A DNA stretch of 64,000 nucleotides from Pseudomonas sp. Its GTDB lineage: Bacteria > Pseudomonadota > Gammaproteobacteria > Pseudomonadales > Pseudomonadaceae. The stretch covers positions 171,663 through 235,662 of the forward strand of contig NZ_JBLWTV010000007.1 of assembly GCF_048269965.1 (NCBI RefSeq), in the 5' to 3' direction. The translations under genes were made by a program, and so were the position numbers. A model generated the notes under the pieces. That model ran no database searches. It was not told the origin of the DNA and worked only from the letters and a program-made list of their open reading frames with translations. Shown here one piece after another: positions 17,180 to 24,576 of the stretch. How positions within the stretch are numbered: position 1 is the first letter of the stretch; each line of letters opens with the position of its first letter.

Positions 17180-17950
17180 TTAAAGGCTCTGCATCGTCCT
17201 GCACCTCGGAAAGCCCGAGCATCCCCAGAACTGTTGTCCCATTTTCGGGCCTGTCTTCACCGTGCGGATCAGCAGCGCATTACCGCATCTCGGGCATTGC
17301 CGCTCGGCTGTCGGATCACTCCGGCGTTTGAGGTTTTGCACGTGCTCGCGGTGGGTGGCGAGGGTCGGCGAGCGGCGGCCGGTTTGTAGGGCGTGCAGCA
17401 TGGCGTCGACTTCAGCCTCGCTGAATACCGCCTGCTGGAATGATTTGATGTAGCGGATAAAGCCGATGCCCTGGGTCACGTTGGCCGGCACTTCGGTCTT
17501 GAAGGTGCTGCCGCCGACGAATGTGATGACCGAATGCAGATGCTCGGGGCTGACGCCCAGGGTGGCTTCCAGGGCTTTGAGGTGTTTGTAGTTCTGGCGC
17601 AACGGGTTCTGGAACTTGAAGGTGCGTTTGTAGAGCTTCTGCGTCCACTGCGCCTGTTTCTCGCTGCCGAAGATCCAGCCGCTCATGTTCTTCGTTTCCA
17701 GCACGAAGATGCCGTAGGGCGAGAGGAATACGTGGTCGATCTGCGTGGTGCCGTCTGGCGTGTTCAGGGTGATGTTGTGCAGGCGGCGGTAGGTCTGCTT
17801 GTCCAGCTGCCAATGGGCGAACAGGCGTACCAGCAGTTCACCGATATGCCCCTTGGCCCAGGGCGATTTGAGCAGGCCGATCAGCAGGGCTGCCGGGATG
17901 AACCAGGTCAGCATGCCCCAGACCTGGGCGACTATCGGGCTGTAATCCAT
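17180..17950 (-). CDS. Membrane-anchored NERD-domain nuclease-like protein with C-terminal topoisomerase-type Zn ribbon
   Basis: N-terminal TM (WGMLTWFIPAALLIGLL), a NERD-like core (GHIGELLV...IDHVFLSPYGIFVLETKN), and C-terminal CPRCGNALLIR...FWGCSGFPRCR. SD AAGGAAG. Confidence 0.75.
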   Translation of the reverse strand: MDYSPIVAQVWGMLTWFIPAALLIGLLKSPWAKGHIGELLVRLFAHWQLDKQTYRRLHNITLNTPDGTTQIDHVFLSPYGIFVLETKNMSGWIFGSEKQAQWTQKLYKRTFKFQNPLRQNYKHLKALEATLGVSPEHLHSVITFVGGSTFKTEVPANVTQGIGFIRYIKSFQQAVFSEAEVDAMLHALQTGRRSPTLATHREHVQNLKRRSDPTAERQCPRCGNALLIRTVKTGPKMGQQFWGCSGFPRCRTMQSL

Positions 17951-18123
17951 TTTCTTCCTTGAGCAGAGCTGCTTGATGGCTGGGCGAGCAGGTGTGCCGA
18001 AATCCAGATGCCTGGCACTGATCTCGATAATGGCTAATTGCTTTCAATGGCTCAAGGGGTTCGCGACCATTGTCCTATGGCCGCTGGGCGGTTACGCCTG
18101 GTTTGGTGCCTTTGCAGAAATGT

Positions 18124-18171
18124 TCAGTGTGGCCAGCCGGGCTGCTGCCAGAACCAGATCGGGTCATTCAA
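18124..18171 (-). pseudogene. 15-codon remnant of a second Fic gene 5' end (start decayed to TTG)
   Basis: Reads TTG AAT GAC CCG ATC TGG TTC TGG CAG CAG CCC GGC TGG CCA CAC TGA, i.e. (M/L)NDPIWFWQQPGWPH*. The intact Fic begins MNDPLWIWQQPDWPHF. The upstream spacer and operator are also conserved. Confidence 0.7.
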
Positions 18172-18185
18172 AAGGATTGTTTATC

Positions 18186-18218
18186 CATGAGCCGAATACG
18201 GGCGCTATTCGGCTCATG
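18186..18218. promoter_or_regulatory. Perfect 13-bp-arm inverted repeat (operator copy C of the Fic promoter type)
   Basis: CATGAGCCGAATA-cgggcgc-TATTCGGCTCATG, 14 nt upstream of the Fic remnant start. Confidence 0.6.
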
Positions 18219-18321
18219 GAATGGGTGACGTGATGATGCTCAACGAAGGCAACCTGCTGGCACAAGTCCTGACCAAGCGCCTGGGCGACCACTTCGAGCA
18301 TCTGGATGTTATGAGAGCGGC

Positions 18322-18974
18322 TCATGCCTGCAGCACCTTCTCGCGCAGCATCTGGTTGGCAAGATTGGCTTCTCTGGCGTTACCCAGGCGAATGGCATCG
18401 ATCAGGGCCAGGTATCCAGGTATTCATACAGGCGCGGGTCTTTCTTGACTGCGCCTGGCACCGTCCTGAACAGGGGCGTTATGGATTGTCCCTTGCGATT
18501 GCCGTAGGCGTCTGGCCAGACGTGGATAAGGTCGCCACCACTCATCAGGGTGCCTTGCAGCACGGGAGCGGAGAAGCTTGTAGGAATGCCTCGAACGATT
18601 TCAGCCGGTTTTAACGGGAATACGTAGCGCAAGCCATGCTCGATGAAGCCCAGCAGTGCCTTGCTGTTGACCCGAGGTAACTGTGTGTTCGGGTCCATTC
18701 GCAACAGACCTGTCTGTTGGCAGCGTTTCAGCGCGGAGGCAATTTCGCTTTTACTGATGCCCAGTGAGGCTTGCAGGGCGCGCACTGAGTAACTGTCGTG
18801 ATGGACGGGTGGATCTTGCTCGGCGTCATCCTCCCAGCCTTGCCACTGGTCGTGTGAGGGGACGTCGCTTTGCTTGAGCAGTTCTGCTGTTTCGCTCTCA
18901 AGCCTCTGTTGCAGGCGTTCGCGCTGCTCAAGGCAGATCAGCTTGACTAGCAACAGAACGTCTTGACTCTTCAT
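18322..18974 (-). pseudogene. Winged-helix-like DNA-binding protein gene disrupted by an 8-bp tandem duplication
   Basis: Track ORF 18402..18974 ends at ..RLYEYLDTWP*. CCAGGTAT is duplicated at 18408-18415 and 18416-18423. Removing one copy restores ..EYLALIDAIRLGNAREANLANQMLREKVLQA* with the stop at 18322-18324. A central SVRALQASLGISKSEIASALKRCQQTGLL segment looks like an HTH. Confidence 0.65.
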
Positions 18975-18991
18975 GGCGGCCTCAGTTAGCG

Positions 18992-19028
18992 ACTGTCCTT
19001 TGTCCTTTGTCCTAGGACTGAGGACAGT
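18992..19028. promoter_or_regulatory. Array of GTCC/GGAC half-sites upstream of the winged-helix gene
   Basis: ACTGTCC-TTTGTCC-TTTGTCC-TAGGAC-TGAGGACAGT. Outer 7-bp arms ACTGTCC/GGACAGT enclose the perfect palindrome GTCCTAGGAC. It lies 18-54 nt upstream of ATG 18974. Confidence 0.5.
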
Positions 19029-19219
19029 TTATGCGCTGGCAGGTTGCGTCTGTCAATGGCTTGGCTGGCTTGCCGCAGATTGGCATTCAAGGCCTGCAGC
19101 GCTCTATCCAGATTGTCGCCAAGGATTGAGGGAGGGGGGGATTTTTCAATGCGCCGGGGGGTGGCCATTGGCCTATGGCACGATGACGCACCAGAGGCTG
19201 ACTTGGTCGGCTTAGGTGC

Positions 19220-20341
19220 TCAGCGTGCTATCTGGTAACGGGTGCTGCGCCCACCACCGGGCAGTCGCTCGATGCAGCCCTTCTCCATCAGGTCGCTCAG
19301 ATGACGGGTGGCGGTGGCTTTGGATACCTTCGCCACGGCTTGGTACTGCGCCGCGCTGATACCGTTCTCGAAACCCTTTTCGCCGCCATCGAGCAGGCGA
19401 TTCAGCACTTTTATCTGCTCGGTCGATAGGGGTTGGCTGCGGTGTGCCTGCCAGAAGCGCGCCTTGACCAGCACGCGGTCGATACGAGCAAGGGCCTGCT
19501 CCAGGCTGTTGAGTAAGGTTGCGAGAAACCACTGCAGCCAGCTGGTGATATCCAGCCCACCTTTCTGACTGGCTTCGAGGATGCGGTAGTAACCGGCGCG
19601 GTCGTTGAGAATGCTAGCGGACATCGCGTAAAAGCGGATGGCCTGCTGTTCGCCCTGAGCCAATGCCAAGTCGGTAATGGCGCGAGTGAGGCGGCCGTTG
19701 CCGTCATCGAAGGGGTGCAGGGTCACGAACCAGAAATGGGCGATGCCGGCGCGGAGAAAGGGATCTAGGCTGACATCGTTGCGGCTGCTTTTGAACCAGG
19801 CGAGAAAGTCCGCCAGTTGCGCTTCCAACCCGGCGCGAGGCGGGGCTTCGAAATGTACGGTCGGTTGGTCGATGCGACCGGAAACCACCTGCATGGGCTC
19901 TTCGCCGCGCAGAGTGCCGATGTGTAATGGTCGAGCCAGCAGTTGGTCGTCGCTAGGGAATAGCCAGCGGTGCCAGGTGAAAAGTCGTTGTTCATCTAGC
20001 GGTTCTTGATGCAAGCGGGTTGCGTCGAACAGTAACTCTGCCAGGCCTTCGGAGCGCGAGGTGGTGCGGCCTTCTTCGTTCAGCCCCAGGCGCCGCGCCA
20101 GTGATGAACGCACCGAGCCGACATTTAGCTGCTCACCCTCGATGGCTGAGGAGGTGACGATGTTTTGCAGCATGGCATCCAGGCTGCTCTGCACTTCGGT
20201 GTCACTGCCCACCGCACCGAGCATCCCCAACAAACGTCCCTGAGCCTGACTGCAAGCGCGCAGCAGCGGGGCAAGCGTTTCGCCTTGCCAACTGAAGTGC
20301 GGCCAGTCGGGCTGCTGCCAGATCCAGAGCGGGTCATTCAT
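19220..20341 (-). CDS. Fic-family protein (DUF4172-type N-terminus, class II inhibitory helix, C-terminal wHTH)
   Basis: Active-site loop HPFDDGNGRLTR (HxFx[DE]GNGRxxR) and an inhibitory motif SSAIEG ([ST]xxxE[GN]) upstream of it. N-terminus MNDPLWIWQQPDWPHFSW. C-terminus ISAAQYQAVAKVSKATATRHLSDLMEKGCIERL. Confidence 0.85.
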   Translation of the reverse strand: MNDPLWIWQQPDWPHFSWQGETLAPLLRACSQAQGRLLGMLGAVGSDTEVQSSLDAMLQNIVTSSAIEGEQLNVGSVRSSLARRLGLNEEGRTTSRSEGLAELLFDATRLHQEPLDEQRLFTWHRWLFPSDDQLLARPLHIGTLRGEEPMQVVSGRIDQPTVHFEAPPRAGLEAQLADFLAWFKSSRNDVSLDPFLRAGIAHFWFVTLHPFDDGNGRLTRAITDLALAQGEQQAIRFYAMSASILNDRAGYYRILEASQKGGLDITSWLQWFLATLLNSLEQALARIDRVLVKARFWQAHRSQPLSTEQIKVLNRLLDGGEKGFENGISAAQYQAVAKVSKATATRHLSDLMEKGCIERLPGGGRSTRYQIAR

Positions 20342-20356
20342 AAGGGTTTTTCATCT

Positions 20357-20421
20357 ATGAGCCGATTAGCGAGCCTATTCGGCTCATTCAGTGAGCCGAT
20401 AATGCCGACTATTCGGCTCAC
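20357..20421. promoter_or_regulatory. Two tandem 31-bp palindromic operators upstream of the Fic gene
   Basis: ATGAGCCGATTA-gcgagcc-TATTCGGCTCAT (20357-20387) and GTGAGCCGATAA-tgccgac-TATTCGGCTCAC (20391-20421). Centre-to-centre spacing is 34 bp. The first begins 15 nt upstream of ATG 20341. Confidence 0.6.
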
Positions 20422-20565
20422 TGTCTAATCACTCCCATGTAGTGCGGCCACAGTTTTGGCATCCCTGGAGATTGTTATAGCCCTTGGGACGCGTAGACGC
20501 TCTGTGGGTGGCGGGGGTGAAGTTGGTGGGCCGCCGCAGCGATTTTTTCTCATCGCAGAAACACG

Positions 20566-20588
20566 AAAGCCGCGCAGTGCGCGGCTTT
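20566..20588 (-). terminator. Stem-loop terminator downstream of the tRNA
   Basis: AAAGCCGCGC-agt-GCGCGGCTTT, a 10-bp stem. On the minus strand it is followed by TTTCGTGTTTCT, and it sits 5 nt after the tRNA 3' end. Confidence 0.6.
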
Positions 20589-20593
20589 GAAGG

Positions 20594-20670
20594 TGGTGGG
20601 CCCAGCAGGACTTGAACCTGCGACCAATCGATTATGAGTCGAGTGCTCTAACCAACTGAGCTATAGGCCC
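20594..20670 (-). tRNA. tRNA with CAU anticodon, most like tRNA-Ile2 (lysidine type, ileX-like)
   Basis: Minus strand reads GGGCCTATAGCTCAGTTGGTTAGAGCACTCGACTCATAATCGATTGGTCGCAGGTTCAAGTCCTGCTGGGCCCACCA (77 nt). The cloverleaf folds by hand. The anticodon arm CGACTCATAATCG resembles E. coli ileX rather than elongator Met. G1-C72 are paired, so it is not an initiator. ileX also lies downstream of rpoD in E. coli. Confidence 0.9.
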
Positions 20671-20686
20671 CCAGAAGGCCGGCGGA

Positions 20687-23600
20687 TTATACCGGCGCGT
20701 TCTCGCCAGCGCCAACCGCTTGACCTGGCGGGAGAAACTTCCGGGTGAAGGCCTCGGCCGAAAGCGGGCAGCTGACCACGTAGCCCTGGATCTGCAGGCA
20801 GCCTTCGGCGGCCAGGCAGAGTTCCTGGGCCTTGGTTTCCACGCCCTCGGCGATCACTGTCAGTTGCATGCTGTTGCCCAAGGCGATGATGGCGCGGGTG
20901 ATCGCCAGGTCGTGCGGGTCGTCCGGCAGGCCACGCACGAAGGACTGGTCGATCTTCAGCACGTCCAGCGGCAGGCGCTTGAGGTAGCTGAGCGAGGAGT
21001 AGCCGGTGCCGAAGTCGTCGATGGCCAGTTGCACGCCGAGCTGTTTGAGGCGGTGGAGGATGTCCAGCGCTTCGCCGGCCTGGTTCATGATGAAGTTTTC
21101 GGTGATCTCCAGTTGCAGCAGCTGCGGTGCCAGGTTGTAGCGCTGCAGCAGTGCGCTGATGCGCGGCAGCAGGCTGGGCTGGTGCAGCTGGGCGCCGGCG
21201 AGGTTGACCGAGAGGGCGCCGAAGCCGTGGCCGCTTTCCTGCCAGATCTGCAGTTGCCGGCAGGCTTGTTCCAGCACCCAGTCGCCCAGCGGCAGGATCA
21301 GCCCGCTTTCTTCGGCCACCGGGATGAAGCGATCCGGCGGGATGTCGCCGAACACCGGGTGCGGCCAGCGTACCAGCGCTTCGGCGCCGACCAGGCTCTG
21401 GCTGCGCAGGCAGTACTTGGGCTGGTAATACAGGCACAGTTCGTCGCGCTCCAGGGCGCGGCGCAGTTCCTGTTCCATGGCCATGCGCTCGTTGACCTGG
21501 AAGGTCAGCGAGCGGGTGTAGAACTCGCTGCGGTTGCGCCCCTTGGCCTTGGATTGGTACATGGCCGCGTCGGCGTTCTTGACCAGAGTGGCGACGTCGA
21601 GGCCGTCCTTGGGGTAGAGGCTGATGCCGATGCTGGCGCTGATGAAGAACTCGTGGTTGTCGAGCTGGAACGGCGCGCCGAAGCATTCGAGCAGTTTCTG
21701 CGCGACCTGTTCGGCGTCCTGCGGCTGGTGCAGGCCGGGCAGCAGGATGATGAATTCGTCGCCGCCGAGACGGGCCACGGTGTCGATATCGCGCAGTTGC
21801 AGTTTCAGGCGCGCGGCAATGGCCTTGAGCAACTGGTCGCCGACCGGGTGGCCGAGGCTGTCGTTGATCTGCTTGAAGCGGTCGAGGTCGAGGAACAGCA
21901 CGGCGCCCAGCTGGTCGTCGGCGCGCGAGCCATCCAGAGCACTGCGCAGGCGGTTCTCGAACAGCAGGCGGTTGGGCAGACCGGTCAGCGGGTCGTGGTG
22001 GGCCTGATGATCGAGGCGTGCCTGGGCATGCTTGAGGCTGGAGATGTCGGCGAATACCCCGACGAAGTGGGTGATCTGGTTATCGCTGTTGCGCACGGCG
22101 CTGATGGTCAGCCACTCGGGGTACAGTTCGCCGCTCTTGCGCCGGTTCCAGATTTCCCCCTGCCAGTGGCCGTTGGCCGCGAGGCAATGCCACATGGCGG
22201 CGTAGAAGGCGTTGTCGTGCTGGCCGGAAGACAGCAGGCTGGGGCGCTGGCCGAGGGCTTCGGCCTCGCTGTAACCGGTAATCTGGGTGAAGGCGCGGTT
22301 GACCGCAGTGATGCGCTGTTCGAGGTCGGTGATCAGCACGCCTTCGGCAGTGCTTTCGAAGACGGTGGCGGCCTGCTGCAGTTCTTCCTGCATCTGCTGG
22401 CGTTCGGTGATGTCGCGAGCGATGGTCAGCAGGCATTCGTCGCCGCCTATGGGCAGCGGCTGTGCGGAAAGTTCGCAGAGGCGCAACTGGCCGCTCTTGG
22501 TGCGCACCGTGGCGATCAGGTCGCGCACGCTGCCTTGCTCGCGAATGCGTTGCACCAGGCGTTCACGATCTTTCGGATCGGCCCAGATGCCCAGGCTGAG
22601 GGTGCTTTGTTCGGCAATCTCGTCGAGGCTGTAGCCGGTGATGCGGCTGAAACCATCGTTGGCCTCCACCAGCATGCCGTCGCGCAGGCGGGTGATCAGC
22701 AGTCCATCGGGCGAGGCGTGGAAGGCCTTGGCGAACTTCTCTTCGGATATCTGCAACTGCTGCTGGGTGCTCTTGAGCTGGCTGATGTCGCGCACCACCA
22801 CGACCAGTGCCGGGGTGCTGTCGAGCACGAACTGGCTGGCCGAGATGAGGCCGGTGAACAGGCTGCCATCGGCGCGGCGAAAGGGCATTTCCAGGTTGCG
22901 CAGGCTTTCGTCCTGCAGGCGCAGCAGCAGGCTCGGGCCGATGCCAGGCACGCCCCACAGATCGAGGTCGGTGGCGGTCTTGCCGATGGCCTGCTCGACG
23001 CTGATGCCGGTCTGTTCGGTGAAGGCGGTGTTGACCTCCAGCAGCACGCCGTCGACGCGGCGGGCAATGATCAGGATGTCCGGGCACTGCTGGAAGACCG
23101 AGGCGAACTTCTGTTCCGACAGGCGCAGCGCCTGCTCGGTCTGCTTGGCGTCGCTGATGTCGACCATCAGGCCGCGAATCACCTGGCGGTCGTCGCGTTG
23201 CAGCAGGGTGACGATATCGCGCACCCACACCGTGCGCCCGTCGGCGGCGAGCAGGCGGTATTCCAGGGCGTGGTCGTTGCCGGCCGAGCATTGTTCCAGG
23301 CAGGTGCGCAGGGTGCGCTGGTGATCGTCCGGGTGCAGGTGGCGCTGCCAGAAGCCGGGCTCCAGCCATTCGTGCAGCGGGTAGCCCAGCAGTTTTTCCG
23401 CGTGGGGCGAGACGTAGGTGTAGGTGAGCCCGCTGGACTCGGTTTCCCAGGTGATGGCCGAGAGGCTTTCGACCATGTCGCGAAAGTGCTGCTCGCGGTT
23501 GCGCAGTTCCTGCTCCAGCGCTTCGCGGTTGCGCATCTCGCGTTTCAGGCGGCGGTTGATGCGCAGGATGATGGCGATGACCGCCAGCAGGCCGAGCAGG

Positions 23601-24421
23601 GCGGGCAGGCCGTAGAGCAGGGTTTCGTACCAGACGCTGCGTTTGTCCAGCACGCTGCCGACCCAGGGTTCCTGCAAGGCGGCGATTTCTTCGGCGCTGA
23701 GCTCGGCGAAGATTTTGTCGAGGATGCCGACCAGTATGCTCTGGCCGCGCGGTGCGGCCATGGCCAACTGGTAGCGATAGGGCGTCTCGCCGCTGATATA
23801 GACGCCGTCGAGCTTGAGCTGGCGCAGGCTCCAGACGCTGGAGGCGAGATCGCCGACCATGGCGTCGACCTGATTGGTCGCCAATGCCTGCAGGGCAGCG
23901 GCGACATTGCGCAGCGGCAGCAGGTTGAGATCGGGGTGTTGCTGGCGCAGCAGCTCGTGCGGTGCGTAGTCGGCCACCACGGCAATCTTCAAGCCGTACA
24001 GCTCATCGAGCTTTCTCGGCTGTGGCCCGCCGTTGCGAGCAAGGATGACGATGGGAAAATCCAGGTAGGGGCGGGTGAAGGTCAGGTATTGCTGGCGTTC
24101 GGGTGTCGACATCACGCCGGGAAGCAGGTCGATGCGGCCCATGCGCGCCTGCTCCAGTATCGCGCTCCAGTTGTCGGGCTCGACGGGTTGCAGCTCTAGG
24201 TCAAGGCGCTCTTCGATCAGCCGCACATAGGCGGCGGTCAGGCCGTGGTAGTTGCCCTGTTCGTCACGAAACTCGAACGGTGGCCAGGATGCATCGACAC
24301 CCAGGCGCAGTTCGCGGTGGGCTGCCAGCCAGGTGCGCTCGTCCTCGTTGAGTGTCAGGGCTTGGGCCGGGGTCATCCAGTACGCCAGGCACAACAGCAC
24401 AATGGCCGGCAAGCGGGGCAT
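20687..24421 (-). CDS. Multidomain c-di-GMP signalling protein (periplasmic solute-binding domain, TM, several PAS, GGDEF, EAL)
   Basis: ORF 20687..24580 trimmed to ATG 24421 (MPRLPAIVLLCLAYWMTPAQA signal sequence), giving 1244 aa. GGDEF motif RLGGDEFIIL. EAL domain EALVRW...QLEITE. Position next to rpoD and size match P. aeruginosa PA0575 (RmcA) as I recall it. Confidence 0.85.
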   Translation of the reverse strand: MPRLPAIVLLCLAYWMTPAQALTLNEDERTWLAAHRELRLGVDASWPPFEFRDEQGNYHGLTAAYVRLIEERLDLELQPVEPDNWSAILEQARMGRIDLLPGVMSTPERQQYLTFTRPYLDFPIVILARNGGPQPRKLDELYGLKIAVVADYAPHELLRQQHPDLNLLPLRNVAAALQALATNQVDAMVGDLASSVWSLRQLKLDGVYISGETPYRYQLAMAAPRGQSILVGILDKIFAELSAEEIAALQEPWVGSVLDKRSVWYETLLYGLPALLGLLAVIAIILRINRRLKREMRNREALEQELRNREQHFRDMVESLSAITWETESSGLTYTYVSPHAEKLLGYPLHEWLEPGFWQRHLHPDDHQRTLRTCLEQCSAGNDHALEYRLLAADGRTVWVRDIVTLLQRDDRQVIRGLMVDISDAKQTEQALRLSEQKFASVFQQCPDILIIARRVDGVLLEVNTAFTEQTGISVEQAIGKTATDLDLWGVPGIGPSLLLRLQDESLRNLEMPFRRADGSLFTGLISASQFVLDSTPALVVVVRDISQLKSTQQQLQISEEKFAKAFHASPDGLLITRLRDGMLVEANDGFSRITGYSLDEIAEQSTLSLGIWADPKDRERLVQRIREQGSVRDLIATVRTKSGQLRLCELSAQPLPIGGDECLLTIARDITERQQMQEELQQAATVFESTAEGVLITDLEQRITAVNRAFTQITGYSEAEALGQRPSLLSSGQHDNAFYAAMWHCLAANGHWQGEIWNRRKSGELYPEWLTISAVRNSDNQITHFVGVFADISSLKHAQARLDHQAHHDPLTGLPNRLLFENRLRSALDGSRADDQLGAVLFLDLDRFKQINDSLGHPVGDQLLKAIAARLKLQLRDIDTVARLGGDEFIILLPGLHQPQDAEQVAQKLLECFGAPFQLDNHEFFISASIGISLYPKDGLDVATLVKNADAAMYQSKAKGRNRSEFYTRSLTFQVNERMAMEQELRRALERDELCLYYQPKYCLRSQSLVGAEALVRWPHPVFGDIPPDRFIPVAEESGLILPLGDWVLEQACRQLQIWQESGHGFGALSVNLAGAQLHQPSLLPRISALLQRYNLAPQLLQLEITENFIMNQAGEALDILHRLKQLGVQLAIDDFGTGYSSLSYLKRLPLDVLKIDQSFVRGLPDDPHDLAITRAIIALGNSMQLTVIAEGVETKAQELCLAAEGCLQIQGYVVSCPLSAEAFTRKFLPPGQAVGAGENAPV

Positions 24422-24535
24422 AACGGCCTCGTTTCGCGATCGGTATCGTCGTAGTGTAGATCGGCCATCGCCGGGATGGCAGTTTGATTGCAGCGTCTGC
24501 GCTGCCTCTGGCTGGCGAGTGGCCGGGCGTGCTGC

Positions 24536-24570
24536 CCAGAAAGCAAAACCCCCGGCCTGGGCCGGGGGTT
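24536..24570 (-). terminator. Rho-independent terminator after rpoD
   Basis: Minus strand reads AACCCCCGGC-ccag-GCCGGGGGTT followed by TTGCTTTCT. It begins 7 nt after the rpoD stop. Confidence 0.8.
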
Positions 24571-24576
24571 CTGGTA

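Noticed and set aside
17973-18448. Plus-strand ORFs 17973..18233 and 18221..18448.
   Set aside because: They have no motifs, and they overlap the Fic remnant, its operator and the frameshifted 3' end of the winged-helix gene. They are most likely non-coding.
18986-19168. 60-aa minus-strand ORF between Fic and the winged-helix gene, considered as a small Fic antitoxin-like gene.
   Set aside because: It has no SD, and its 3' third is encoded by the GTCC/GGAC repeat array. The Fic protein already carries its own class II inhibitory motif. It cannot be excluded without conservation data.
11869-20593. Integrase, transposase, IS element, retron, CBASS, restriction-modification or toxin-antitoxin pairs in the island.
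   Set aside because: No ORF in any frame shows recombinase, DDE, reverse-transcriptase, cyclase or methyltransferase motifs. Only the genes listed in the features could be supported.
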